Source of the DNA: Phoronis australis
Taxonomy: Eukaryota; Animalia; Phoronida
Length of the DNA: 64,000 nt
Assembly (NCBI GenBank): GCA_002633005.1
Contig: NMRA01000230.1
Span: forward strand, 447,271 to 511,270
Direction: 5' to 3'
Below, piece after piece: positions 50,880 through 64,000 of the stretch. Made by a program: the position numbers and the translations under genes. The notes beneath the pieces were generated by a model. It searched no databases. It saw nothing but the letters and a program-made list of their open reading frames with translations, and was not told the DNA's origin. Every line of letters begins with the position of its first letter. The first letter of the stretch is position 1.

Positions 50880-53800
50880 TTTTCTTTCACAACTTCCGTT
50901 CGACCTGTCCTGGAGGACGGACACCTTCTATGAATGCTGCGAGTGAGCTCTCCATACTGTAAGTATTCACCAAAATGAGCAATCAGACACCGTCACATAA
51001 GCGTCAGTCGAGCAAGGACACCGCACAACTCAGAGATTTGGCTGGAAATACTGGTTTAAAGCAACCAACTTTAGAGGAAGATTGAAGTCGGCAAAAGGCC
51101 AGGAAATGAAATTCAGAAATATTTTAATCTCGCATAGAATGGATCCCAATGCCAGAAGCCTCGTTCTATTGTTGTAAAATTCACAACATATAATGTCCGT
51201 AAGTTTATCCGGAATACAAGAACGCTGTGATCAGGAGATGCGGAAAGGCCTAGCATTTTCATCAATGAGAGTCTTACGCAGAGGAGAGCCGTGCTTTTCA
51301 AGGCACTTAGAGAACTAGGACCCCGGATTAACAGTTACTGGACCAGAGACGGACGCATTTATTTGAAAGACAAGACTGATTATATTCACCAAGTGAAGAA
51401 CCCGAAAGATTTGAAAGGCTTATCAATTGTGGTGTTTTTGCTCGAGATTTCTTTTTCATGCACGTTTGAAGACTATGGCGGGTGCGGTATGATTTACAGT
51501 ATTTAGTATTTTATCACAGGCTTGCGTAGGGACGCTATGAGAACTAAAGTCGGGGGGAGCACTAGCCCTCGTGTTATGTGTTATCGTGCGTGCGTGCGCG
51601 CGCGCGTGCGTGCGTGCGTGCGTGAATGTATAATCCTCACATCTGTTATCAGGTTATGCAGTAGGTCCTTTAGTTTAACTGGTAGTGATCATGAGGGCCC
51701 ACTCATTAGTTCCTTTCAAGTAGTTTTATTTCAGAGCACATAAAAATTGCGACTTTAAACTGTCAAGGTTTGGGTTACCAAGAAAAACGAAGTGGTGTTT
51801 TTAACTTTCTTAAACAAAACATACTCAATTTAATGTCTGCAAGATACTCACTTTCTGCAGAGAATGAGAAATTTATCAGGTCACAGTGGGGATACGAATA
51901 TTTTTTTAGCTCATACAAGTCTAATTCCAGGGGTGTGGCTATTTTGTTGAATAATGATTTTGAATTGAATTTTTTTACTAAAAAACAAGATGGAAACGAC
52001 AATATGCTGTTAGTCAATATGACTGTAAATGATAGAATTGTAAAGATAGTGAATACTTATGGTCCAAATAAAGACGATCCCGATTTCTTTGAGCGATTGT
52101 CCCAAAGGATCATTGCTACATGTAATCATCCGATAATTTGGACAGGTGATTTAATTTAGTTTAATACCTTTAATAATACATGTACGCTTAGGAGGAAGTC
52201 ACGCATTTCTAAAGATATGAGGGAATTTTCACCGCTCGTCCTTCTGAGCGGCTTGTACCGGGATCAAAGAGATCGCGGCGCCGGAATCGGGTACAATTGT
52301 AATGACCGCTTTACCCGATGCGAGCAATACCCAAGTAAATGTAATTATCCGACTATATACTTCATTAAACATCTCTGACTACATAATGGCGAGTTTTCAA
52401 GATGCATTTACCAGTAATTTTCGTTATAAACGAACACCACGGCGGTATTCAGCTGGAAAAAAACAACCAAGTACGGTTTTCGATTTTTAAGAATCGATAG
52501 ACTAATAATCCAAAAAAGTACAACCATTGGGTACGATTGAAGATAAACTACTGCGCGTATTGATATCCTCGGTGGATATACATTTAAAACGCTGATCAGA
52601 GTTAACAATATCACATGGTTTCAATTTTTACTATTCTTTCAATCTCGTTTAACCAGATTTTTGACCAGGAAACAGTTGCTGTGCCCACATTTCATTTTTT
52701 ATTACTGACAAAGAGCTAGAATAGTTATATAGTCAGCGCCATCGAAATTGTCCGGAGATTCCAGATCTTCAGTTTGGTTATCACCATCTTTGCACTTTTG
52801 CATGTATTTTATGGTTTGAGTTCTAATAAAGATTAAACTTTAATGACATCTGAAATGTTTAGTGTACCCGTAATGTGGTAAGTTTAGGGATGGGCTCACA
52901 ATGAACTTAACCAATTAAGTTAAGCTGGCAATCAAAATCTACCACTGTTTTGGTACTTCAAGCTCAAATCTTAGATGAAATGTTGTCAACCCGTTCCCGG
53001 GAAGAAAAAAAAACAAGCGGGCAGAAGCATTAAAAATTGAATAAAGAAAACTAATATGAAACTTGTCGTTCCTTTGGGAAGTGGCCCTTTGTGAAGATAA
53101 ACACAAGTTAACCTTTTTAGTCATTTTGTAATATGTATAATGTACATGTACCAATTAAGTTAAAACTACTCTCCAGAGTTGCAGGCTATAGCTTTGCAAA
53201 TGTCAGAGAAAACCAAACTGGGGGTACTAACAACAACCATTGTTGAGACAGTAATGCTAGCAATTGCCTTTCCACTTCATTAGTTACGATCTACATGTAC
53301 ATCAATACAAAGGGTCACTTGTTTTCCCCAGACGGTAATATTTACTGTGGAAGTTTTAGGTATCAAAAACGAACTTTATGGAGTATATTAGTCTAATTCA
53401 AGTGATATTTAAGTACCGATAGAAATGTGCCATTTATAGTGTTGTTAGTTTTGATGCGTATTGTCCAGTTATGCCAACCATTTTAATGAAACTGAAAAGT
53501 GGTGGGAGAGGATGTCAATATATTTGTACACAAATTATAGTTCCGAAGTCTCAAAACGGAGTCAAAATGGGCCAAAGAACTGAACGTAATGGTAAGATGT
53601 TTATTCCCTTCTATATAACACAACATAAGACCCAAGAATTGGGTGTTTTCAGTTCAGACTCTTGACGAGAATTTTGAGTACTAACACATTTTTAAAAATA
53701 ATTCAAGTTACGGATGACTACTCTTGTTTCTTTCGTGGACAATCGAAAGAGACTTTGAAGCATTTATTTTGGGAATGTGAAACAGTAAATTCATTTTGGG

Positions 53801-54120
53801 CAAAATTTGATTACGAAATTTTAAACAAAGCAAATCCCCAGTGTGTCGGTACTCTCTCCTGCAACAATGTTATTTTTGGCTTTATCGATAAAAATGAAAA
53901 TTTTAAAAACATTGTTTTATTATTGGGTAAACTGTTTCTTTATACCCAAAAGTTCGGATCAAAAAGATCACTTCTAAGTAGATTTTTTAACTTCATCAAA
54001 AATATTATATGAGTGAAAAGTATAGTGCTCGTAAGGATTTGAATTCAGAATTTGTAAAAAAAGATGATGTAAATTTGAAACTGTTTTTCTTAGTTGTCAA
54101 GAGGATTAGGTGTGGGGCAC

Positions 54121-54172
<52 letters not shown>

Positions 54173-54235
54173 CTGTGGTGTTCTTGCCTTTTTGTGTTGT
54201 TGTAAATTTTCTCATTTCCAATATGTATTAAAAAA
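50880..54235 (+). mobile_element. Internally deleted L1/Tx1-type LINE (ORF1, EN and zf-RVT remnants) with unrelated sequence in the middle; specific to copy B
   Basis: ORF1-like PRSIVVKF..IFINESLTQRR..WTRDGRI, EN KIATLNCQGLG..SNSRGVAILL..NTYGPNKDD..GD, and zf-RVT RILSTNTFL..ETLKHLFWEC, ending in a (GC)/(GT) tail. Absent from copy A near 31515. Confidence 0.85.
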
Positions 54236-55136
54236 TGTTTCCCTCTGTTTTAGATGAGATCTCGCAGAAACAGACCGCAGGCTGATTTGCAGCAAACATT
54301 CGATACAATATTCGTCAGTTTCGTACGACATTATCGTGCACATACAGTACATGCATATATGTGCACAATGAAAGCGTTCTAAAGAGCGACACTTGGAGAA
54401 ATCACATAAAATTTTAAAGTCGACGACGAAACTTTGAACACCAAAGTCTCGAATTAATCCAGAACGCTAAGTCGTAGCGCATTCATTTCTTAGGTAGCGC
54501 GTGAGAAGATCTGTTTACATATCAAATGTGAAATTTTCGGTCTAAGAGCTACAGCTCCGAAAACATAATTTGAAAAATAGCTATCACACCGCCATTTTGC
54601 TTCCGGTTTCGTCCAAAAACAATTTTTCGAATTCTTGACTTCATAAACGTTTTGCAATAAATTTTATGTCGGTCGTACGACAAAAGCAATCTCTACAACA
54701 AGTATGACAGGCCAACAAATTGCAACTAGAAATTAGTAAAATAAATGAGCAGTCAACTAAATGCTAAATATCGAATGTCGCGAGAATGTGGCGATAAAAG
54801 AGTTTCACAATGGTTGTAGCGCTTGAGAAAAATCTATCCACATGACCAAGTTTCAGACAGATCTGTCAAGGGACGTCGAAGATACGGCATAAGACCAGTC
54901 ATCGGGAACTTTGGAATAACTCGAGAACCGTAAACCCTAGAAAAAAAAACAAATCACACACCACCAATAGCCCTCGAAAAGATCTGTCCACAGAAAATAT
55001 CCCAAATGTCCCACCAGAAACAACAGAGATATCGGGATGCCTCTGCAAAACAAATTAGCCGCCACGGCGCCATCTTGTGTCCGAATTCAATTACAAACAA
55101 TAGGCTTCGAGGTATTCACAATAAACATCGTTTTTG

Positions 55137-55479
55137 TGTTAGAGTACGATCTCATATCCGAGTGTTTTTGTGTAACTGCGTGTGTAGGAGTAGTTCAGAG
55201 AATTGAGTATTATGAAATGTAGCCTCAAGTCAGTCATGCATGAGGACTTGTAGTAAACATGTTTGTACTGTATATCCTATTATGATTCACGTATGTCACT
55301 ATATAAGTGTATGATCGCATGGATTGTAACAGACTCAGTAGTATCAGTAGAAGAATATGTAATAAAACTATATTATCCTCCATCGGACTAGTATTATGCT
55401 TGGACCGCGTTCTCCCACTGCATCGCGCATTCAACGTTTCTAACCGAACAGAATGCCTTTCAATGCTAGCACACCAACA
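55137..55479 (+). repeat. 5' LTR of a Copia element
   Basis: TGTT...AACA termini and an internal AATAAA. It starts where homology with copy A breaks and is followed directly by the PBS. Confidence 0.85.
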
Positions 55480-55493
55480 GGTTATGGGCCCAG
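55480..55493 (+). promoter_or_regulatory. Copia primer-binding site (internal initiator-Met tRNA type)
   Basis: GGTTATGGGCCCAG immediately after the LTR, the PBS known from copia-type elements. Confidence 0.88.
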
Positions 55494-57197
55494 CATGGCC
55501 AGCATTTCCAGCACTAGCGTTAGTACAAGTTCAGGAAGACTGAGTCGGCTATGTTTTGATGGAGATGAGAGAAAGTAAAAGCTGTGGGAAGATAAGTTTC
55601 TCGGACATTTGAAATTGCTAGATCTGAAAGCGATAATTGAATCCGAAGCGGAAACCGTCGATGATGAGAAAAGTGAAAAAGAATTCTGTGAACTAGTTCA
55701 ATACTTGGACGACAAAAGTTTGAACTTAATAATCCGAGACGCGAAAAATGACGGTCGTGAGGCACTCAAACTTTTGCGAGAACATTATACTGGGTGCAGT
55801 AAGCCAAGGATAATTGGGATGCACAGCGCACTGACGGCACTCAAAAATGCAAGCAAATGAGTCTGTTACAGACAATCTGATCAGTCCAGAACGTGCCGCA
55901 ACTTACTTGCGAACAGCGGAAGAGGTCATAAGCGATAGCTTGTTAATCGCAATCGCCATGAAGGGATTACCAGAAAAAAATCGGAACATTCATCGTTTAT
56001 GTGTCTCAGAACAATGAAAGATAATCTTCGGATATTTCAAAATGAAGTTAAAGTCATTTGAGGAAAACAAAAATGCAAGACAACATAATGTGGTTGGCGA
56101 CCAACCGACGGAACCAGCCAATGGCATGTTGGACATGCGGTCGAAAAGGGCATAAGGCACAAGATTGTATGACGCGAACAAGATGGTGCAGTCTATGTAA
56201 AAACAGCTCCCACAACATCGAGGATTGCCGAAGAAGATTATAAGACACGAGTAAATCCCACAAAGCACCTGAGGAGGAAGACCAACATGGAAGTAGATTT
56301 AATAATTTCAGTTTTAAGGTTAGCGATTGACGCATTGGCTTCTGACACAGCAAATAAAATCAGAGAGCATGACCTGTGATGGCACAAAAGTTTGGCCATT
56401 GTAACAGTGATGACATGTTGAGATTATAAACAGTTGTTTGGGTATAAAAATTACTGACAAGGCTAAGGAGGATTGTGAAGTTTGTATTCTGGGAAAATTA
56501 TTAACACTAGGGGTAGGAATACAGATGCCCGTAGTAAGAAAGCATTAGAATTCGTTCAGTGTGATTTGGCAGGACCGATTGGTCCCATTTCAAAAAGTGG
56601 ATTTAGATATGCAATATCCTTCGTTGACGATTTTAGTGTGGTATATTTTATGAAACAATAGTCAGACACAGCCAAGGCCACAAAACGTTTTATAGCAGAC
56701 TGTGCACCCTATGGAAAAGTGAAGCGTATGCGTAGCGACAATGTACAAAATTTACATCCAGCGAATTTCAGGAGCTCATGTTGCGCCGTAGTATTAAACA
56801 CGAAACATCAGTCCCCTATTCTCCGCACCAAAGCATTGGGGGTATTTTTGTTGGATATGATAGGGGGAGTCCCGCATATTTTGTTTATGATCCTGAGAGT
56901 GACAGAATTCTTAAAAGTCGGTTAGTGAAATTCCTTGATAATTTTGATTTGTCAGATGCCACACCAAATGAGTGTGATGAAGAATTGGTGAGATTGCCAA
57001 GAATGAATCCTGAAACTAACGGAGAGAACAATGGCGAAATTAAGATTGAATCCAGTCAAATAAAAAATGAGACAAATGAGAAAAATGACGCAACTGATGG
57101 TGGTCAAATGAGATAGCCTATTAGAGAATGAAAACCATAAGTTAGTTAAATGATTATGTAGCCGGAAATGTTGATTATTGCTACAACATTATGGGAA

Positions 57198-60100
57198 CTT
57201 TTTGTTAATGTTTATTACGAAATCTTCAGAATACAATGAATATACCTAACCTAGAAAGCGCCAAGAGGCATTAGATCTGAGTTAAAAAAAATACAAAGAA
57301 GTCTATATACAACTATAATACACGAATACATAAATAAAAAACTGATGTTAAGATTACAATGATATAGTTACAAATGTATGCTAAATAAGTCATTTTCTTA
57401 CAAGTATACAAGTCTATCCACTCACACAAAGAGATTTAATGTTATAAAGAAATTCTGATACTATTTCAAATAAATCTTATTTTCATTTGGGTTGAGTTTT
57501 TGACATCCATATAGATAAAAAATAATTTTGTTGTACAATTGCGGAATTTCAGAATATTTTTGTAAACGTTGGGGTATTGTTCGAGAGTGTGGAAAAGCTT
57601 AACCCTCTGCTCCTTGCATACCTCACAAGCAAAGAAAACATGAGGATATGTCTGGCTGTCTCCTCAGGAACACAGAGGCGAAATATTATTAAAATTATGT
57701 CTAAATTTCTCGTTGTTTAGGAATAGACCGCATCTTGATCTGTATAGGGTTATTTCATGGTTGCGAGGAAGTTGGAATGATGTCAATGGGACTGGCAAGT
57801 CTGGGGTAGTGGTATGCATTTTAAAGTTATTTTTGAGAGTGGCGATTGAAGTGCTTTCGTTTTTTTTGAATGGTAAGGAATTCCAGTTGTCAATACTAGC
57901 TAATATCGTTTATCTCCTGAAGGCTTGGCTGATGGATGACGGAGTAGTGTGCATATTACTTTGCCGCAGTCCTGCTCTCGTGCTTGGTCTTTTGTTGGAG
58001 TCAAAGATAATTTTGTTAGAGTGATTGTTTATGTTGGTTAATACTTTGAATGTATACATTGTACATGGACAGGCGGAGTTTACGACGGGTTGCTAGTTTG
58101 CTCCAGTTGAGACCATTTAGAACCTTGATTGTGCTGGACCCTTCGCATGCCCCTGTTATGGGTAAAGCTGCGTGGTATTGTAGGTTTTCTAATTCAAGAA
58201 GTATGCCAGCGTTTGCCGATTGGTAGATTATGTCACAGTAATCTAGATGTGGAAGTACAAAAGACTTGAATAGAGTTTAAAGATGCATAGAGTTGAGATG
58301 ACGAGAAACAATTCTAATTGGATTAAATAATTTTTGTACTTTATGAACGAGTTTGCAACAATGAGGAGTAAATGTAAGCTTTTGGTCGAGTAGCAAACCA
58401 AGATGTTTGTGCGTGAATTTATTGGGAATAACTTCCCCATTGAGTGATAATTCCAGCGTTGGATTTGTTTGGAAATGAGTATTATTAAGATCAACACTTT
58501 TTTCAGGTGTAAATTTCAACTTCCACTTGTAAGACCAGTCATAGAGTTTGTTAAGGTCAGTTTGCAATTGCAAAGAGTCATGGGGATGGTCTTTTGAGAA
58601 TGGGTGGAAAATTGCCTTGTCATCAGCATATAAGAATGTTTTAAAGTTTATTGTGTCTGGAGGATCATTGATGTACAGTAAAAAGAGTAAGGGGCCTAGT
58701 ACGCTACCCTGTGCTACTCCAGCATTTAGGAAACCTGGCGTAGATGAAGGTGATAAGACACGCTCAATTCGGGCCTTATAAGTTCGATTTTCCACATATG
58801 ATTTTAAAAGTAAGAGGAGGGTGCCTGAGAAACAGTAAGATTGTAATTTATATAGAAGCAGGTCATGGGGAACGACATCAAAAGCTGACGCAATGTCTAA
58901 AATACGGATCTCACGTTGTACCCTTGCTCAAACTAGAGGTGGATGTCGTGTACAATTTCTGAAAGTTGGGACATACAGTGTAGTGCTGTTACCAGGCATG
59001 AATCCAAATTGGCGACGATATATGAGGTTTTGTGAAGAGAGGATGTCAAACATGTGTTGAGAAATGATTTTATCTAAAATTTTGGATAAGGTATTAAGTA
59101 GAGCTATGGGGTGATAATTGACAATGTCTGTTTTGGAGTTCTTTTTGTGTATTGGTATCATAACGCCAAGCTTGCAGTTCGAAGGAAATTTTCCAGATTA
59201 TAGTATTGTGTTGTATAATGTTGCCAGAGGAAGTGTACATTGTAAACTCTCTTGCTATTATCTTGATCATTTTATCGGTTATGAGATTGGTACCGTCGTT
59301 TTTGTTTTTGTCAGTGTTTTCTAGTAGTTTTCTGACTTCAGATGGTTGGGCTTGTATGTCAGAGAGGTGTTCTGGTGTTCTGTTTCGGAATTCGGGAAAG
59401 TTCATTGTTTGTGCAATGTGACTCTTGGCGGTAAAGTAGTCTAGAAATAACTTACTTTCATCAGCTTTGGATGACGCCGGAGAGTTGGATTTCTTTGAGT
59501 GGATGGTGGGGTATGATGATTGCTTTACCTGTTTACTATCTCCCAATATTCCTTAGAATTTTGGAGACATTTTTGATATTGGAGATAACTTTCATCTTAT
59601 AGTCTTGTTTTGTCTTTTTAATTAGTTATTCCACACCCATGCAATGTTTTTTTTAGCACTTGAACGTGCACGGGTTATTTGATTTTCAGAACAATCTGTA
59701 CAGTTCATTTCTTTTATTTATTTCATACTTAATGTTATTGTTAAACCATGGTTTGTTCTTGTTTTTTATTGTTTTCAGGGTTGATGGGATATTATTATCT
59801 AGTATGTTGTAGAGTGACAGTGTGAATATTTATGTCACTTTTGTTAAGTATTTCAGTCCAGTTAAATGTGGTTATGTCAGAGCGCAGTTTGTCCATGTTA
59901 ATGAGGTTGTAATTCCAGATCTTTTTCATAATGTCTGGTTCTTTAGATGCACAGTTGAGTGTGAATGTTGTTTCTATAACGTGGTGGTCTGAGTTACCAA
60001 TGGGAGGCCTTACAGAAGTGCATTCAAAACGTGCCGGCTCGTTTATTAGTTGTATACAGTGATTTGTGAGGAGAATATCGAATAATTCGAGACCGGCTTG

Positions 60101-61780
60101 GTTTTCATTGTCTTCTGAGTACCAAGTACTATTTCTGGCGTTGAAATACCCGTTGTTGTTTTATTAGTTTTGTGAGAGTTCTTGCAATTGTTCTGAAAGG
60201 GTTTTGAAATATGTTTTCCTTTCATGGCACGTCTGTGAGGGTGAGCGATAGAAAAAAAAACATAATTTACCTTTTTGTAGTATACATAAAGTTCAATCCA
60301 ACAGTTATTCATTGATTGCATAATTTTATCATCAATTGTTTTGTAACTTATGGAGTTGTGGACAAACAAGATCAACCCTCTCCCGGCATTAGGGTGGTAG
60401 GCAATGTTCTATTCGGAATAATAAGTGCACTGAGGTTGTCTTCGGACAGTGTTCCGGATTCACATATGGCAATAACCATGTAATTGTCTGTAATAAATTG
60501 CTTGAGAAGTTTAAATCTTGAAAGATTAGATTCATTGTTCGCTTTGTTTTGATACTGTTGATATTTGTGAATAAGACCTCGAAGCTGGCTAAACCCAGTG
60601 CCTGGTCCTGGATTGACCTCTATGTCACCAGCAGTCAAAAGGCTTTGCTCAATTATCGATAACTCTGATATCACAACACGAGTTCTTCATTGTGCAGTAA
60701 ACATTACGTGAGTGCACAGCTCGGAGTCATTTTCGTAGTAGAAAAGTGAGGTCGAGCGTACTAGGCGAAGAGCAGCGAGGACTTTTTGTTTTCCAGACAC
60801 CCGGACAATTACAATTATTTGTCTGTAGATAAAAACTGATCAATTCATATAGTTCATACTTAACCTGCTTATCTAACAAGAGAAAAAGAAGTATATACAT
60901 GCAGGTGTGTGAATAGACTAAAAGTAATGAAGTAAGGACAAAAGCAATGAGCACTAGGGTAGGCATGGAAATTCCCACCACCACTAATTTAATTACATTG
61001 AGTTAGGATAAATCTTGCAAATAGAAAACTGATGGATTAATAACATTAAAATGTGAAATGGATAGGCGTACTACAGCTGTGATATTGATAATACAAATAG
61101 ATGAGAGTCAACGCGGTAGACAGTTTCTACATATGTAGAACATAAACTGTACTTTAGGATGAAAAGATATTGCCAATTACATTGTCTTATTACACATGAC
61201 GCCGCCCGAGTCAAATAGAGCTTTGAGTCAATACGATGCTCGTTTGGCCGTTTTTAGCTTGAACGTCAATGGTGATTAAAATTGAAGCAACTTAAAAAGC
61301 AAATTTAACTCATGAACTGACTCACACTTGATGGGATGACTAGGTCAGTAGATGAAAATGAACCATTTGAGGTAACATACATGTACATGTACATGTATTT
61401 GAATGACACAACAACAGTTGTCAAGTTCAGTGTAGTTTCATAATCACGACACATGTGAGACGTGCAATTCCTGAAAAAATAGGCATTACTAAGATAAAAG
61501 ATGTTCTGATTTCACTCCTTGTTGCTTCATGCGTGTAGGCTGTTGCTAACTAATCCAGATGTGCATTTAAAGTACTTTATCACTTCAAAATCAAAATTCA
61601 AGCGAGTTGTACTTTTTGCTGCATAGAGTTTGCCTGTGGGCCAAAAGTTGTCATGCCAATATCAAAATCAAAATTCATCGGCAAAAGCTCATTTTGGCTT
61701 TGTTTGAGCGCATAATTATGTTATTGGGTCACAGGTTTTTTCACAGAACGACTTGTAAGCATACGATAACGACTTGTAAG
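57198..61780 (-). mobile_element. CR1/L2-group LINE, near full length but decayed, inserted in the Copia element
   Basis: EN (IAICES..PIGNSDH), RT (PIHKK..NYHPIALLNTLSKILDK..QFGF, GVAQGSVLGPLLFLLYIND, LYADD, HKHLGLLLD) and a C-terminal Cys/His region. Copia sequence resumes across an imperfect ta(t/c)gggaa duplication. Confidence 0.9.
60603..60647 (-). other. 2A-like (StopGo) ribosome-skipping peptide preceding the LINE endonuclease
   Basis: SLLTAGDIEVNPGP matches the D(V/I)ExNPG|P consensus with upstream LLxxG. Confidence 0.85.
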
Positions 61781-62037
61781 CATACGGGAATTCCTCAAAC
61801 GTATGAGGAGGCAATGAATTCAAATGAATCAGAATTTTGGGAAAATGCCAGGAATGACGCAATGGTGACTCATTGAGGGAGAATGATACATTCACATTGA
61901 TCGAACTGCCTGAGGGACGCAGTGATATTGTTGGTGGCAGGAGGGTGTTTGCCATTAATTAAGGAAGATAGCACGAGAAATATCACAAGGCGAGATTTGT
62001 GGCAAAGGGCTATAGCCAAATTCCTGGAAGAGATTAT

Positions 62038-62700
62038 TGTATTAGGTGACTTTGACTAACCTCCCCTGTGTGGTTTCCTATTTCTTGTAGTTATTTCACA
62101 TGTATTGTACTGCATAGTGCTGCCTCCTATAGTTAATAAAGACCTATTGACCTCCATATTGTTTTAAGTTAAGTAGCACATTCTACATGATGGCAGCGGT
62201 TTTGTGCAAAAATACGATCATGGCAACTTACCACATCCCATCACCATCACCATTAGTGCTTCAGGGGGATATGGCAGAAAATTGGAAGGAATTTGAATCT
62301 TCCTGAAATTATTATATCATTGCCAGAGAACTGCAGCAAAGTCTTACCAAGCCTGATGGCAGTCCCAACCCTGCTGGCCTGTGTGCAGTAATGGGAACAG
62401 ATCGCCAAAAAATAACTAACAGTCTCCCAACATTGTCTGAGGTAGGCAAAAGGAATCCTGAGCTCATCCTCAAAGCTCTACGAGGTCATTTTACTCCCCA
62501 AAGACATGTATTGTTCGAACGCTGTAAGTTTAACTCTGCCTCCCAAAGCCTCAAAAGTGCTGATGAGTTCGTGACTAGACTCCGTCAACTGGCAGCGTCG
62601 TGTGAATTCGAGACCCTACAGGACAGTCTCATCAGAGACCGTCTGGTCATTGCCACTACTGACGAATCAAAAACTAAATTGACAGACATTCGACTAACGT
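62038..62700 (+). mobile_element. Ty3/Gypsy (Mag-like) element: 5' LTR, PBS and gag fragment, inserted in the Copia RT
   Basis: 150-bp LTR TGTA...TACA (62038-62187) with AATAAA, then PBS TGATGGCAGCGG (tRNA-Leu-like). gag reads GDMAENWKEF..HFTPQRHVLFERCKFN..FVTRLRQLAASCEF..LIRDRLV. Confidence 0.88.
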
Positions 62701-63997
62701 GACCCATGGGTTCTAGGTACATGTACTCCCCAATAGACTTGAGGCCGCTTGTCGGCCGATTGACGCCGGAGCCAAGTTTTTTTTAATTATCCCTGTAGCA
62801 CGTATATATACAGTAACAACTCAAAACTTCCGCCAAAACCGTTAATGTTAACGCTGAGGTAAATCCACAAACAGGTTCTCATACGTAAGATTGAGCGCGG
62901 TATGGGTTACCTACGCCTGTGTGACTTTTTGCCAGTTAGAGTATTGCTTTCTGTCGATATTAGGAAGGATTATCCTCTGTGATAAGTCTACGAAGACCCA
63001 TGTTAAAAATTGAATGGCCTACCCTGTGAGTGACATAAGTAACTTAAGTTACCACACTGGTACCATTTGGCAGCTGTTTCAGGAACACTCATTTAAAATC
63101 AACCTACACCACTTTTGATCATATCTTAGGTGGATTTTCTGAAAAATGTACGATTAAAAAATGCCACGCTACCGCGTCAATTTTCAAAAATTGATGGGAA
63201 TATATTAGTATGTTTTCTGAGCCTTAAGAACTTAATCAACAGCTTGATTACTAGTGGCGTGTTATGAGCAGTTATGGTAACGATGATATATAGCATGATG
63301 AAAGTGTTGGAAAACGCGTTATGATTGGAACCAAACATATTTTCTGCCGTTCTCGCACCTGTGCCATTATAACGTCCAAGCAGTAGCCTGGGGCTTTCAT
63401 GGACTGGTGGTCGTTGGCAAGTATGGAGGTATCTTCGATGACGCTATTGTGTAAGCAAGTAGTGACAATGATGTGTGCTGTAAAACACTGTTAATGCAAT
63501 CTTGTTGATCTATTTGTCGATTCAAGAAAGGAAATTGAAAAAGGCTTTAAGAATAAAGACGACCGCAAGAGCCAGTTAGTACATTAGGCGTTATTTCTAA
63601 AAAGTAAAGAAAAACAGGAAACTATGTCGCAAGCTCGTCGCATACATGGCCATATAAAGTCGTATCCATTGTTCACTGTTTTGCTTTCTTAAAATAAAGA
63701 TAATGAAAAACATTTATCGATAACCAGTTGGCGTGCGCCTAAGGTGCGATATCCATGAAACCTGCATTTTTATGTTCAAAAAAGACGCAACAAATGAAAA
63801 CAATGAAAATGTCCCATAAGCTATAACCATGCAGCCAGTTTACGCCCGTCGCATAGATCTTGCAAATTAAACAATACCTTGCGACCTCCATGCGACGGCA
63901 TTTGGCATGGAATGAGCAAAAGATTATTAATTGCGTATCAAACTTTTTCCTCATGTGTTATTGAAACAGCTGCAGGAGCGATGTTCAAGAAACTCAC

Positions 63998-64000
63998 CGA
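63998..64000 (-). CDS. PAN-TSP1 gene copy B, last bases of exon 1 (the rest lies beyond the window)
   Basis: TCG|gtgagtt donor in a context collinear with copy A 34771-34779. Confidence 0.7.

Larger units (their letters stand above)
55137..62037 (+). mobile_element. Decayed Ty1/Copia LTR retrotransposon (possibly GalEa-like), interrupted and 3'-truncated
   Basis: gag RLCFDGDERK..ELVQYLDDKSLNLIIRDAKNDGREAL, two CCHC knuckles, integrase LEFVQCDLAGP..FVDDFS..MRSDN..PYSPHQ and GIFVGYD. After the LINE insertion it resumes as IPQTYEEAM..KARFVAKGYSQIPGRDY (RT start). Integrase-before-RT order. Confidence 0.93.
27985..64000. repeat. Old tandem segmental duplication: ~27985-34780 versus ~48003-64000
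   Basis: Exons and intron blocks are collinear but clearly diverged, with copy-specific transposon insertions. Confidence 0.92.

Overview
This is eukaryotic DNA, probably from a lophotrochozoan-like marine invertebrate (inference from repeat and gene content). It is AT-rich, has spliceosomal introns and is dominated by decayed transposons. Host genes: (1) a compact secreted cysteine-rich prohormone-like gene on the minus strand (CDS 9851-10213); (2) two tandem minus-strand paralogues of a secreted PAN/apple + TSP1 + uncharacterised Trp/Gly-rich domain protein (copy A exons 28085-35110, last exon not found; copy B exons from 47081 to beyond the window end). Mobile DNA: two Penelope-like elements with 5' inversions, several L1/Tx1-type LINE relics, a DIRS tyrosine-recombinase element, ISL2EU/Harbinger-type DDE and YqaJ fragments, MITEs, and a nest in which a CR1/L2 LINE carrying a 2A (DIEVNPGP) motif and a Gypsy element sit inside a Copia element. 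Three blocks are duplicated across single-N joins and look like uncollapsed haplotypes. Allele and paralogue comparison shows TA sites converted to TACATGTA or TAGGCCTA, consistent with repeated transposon excision footprints. No rRNA, intact tRNA or CRISPR array was found. All family assignments come from motif recognition by eye, not database searches.
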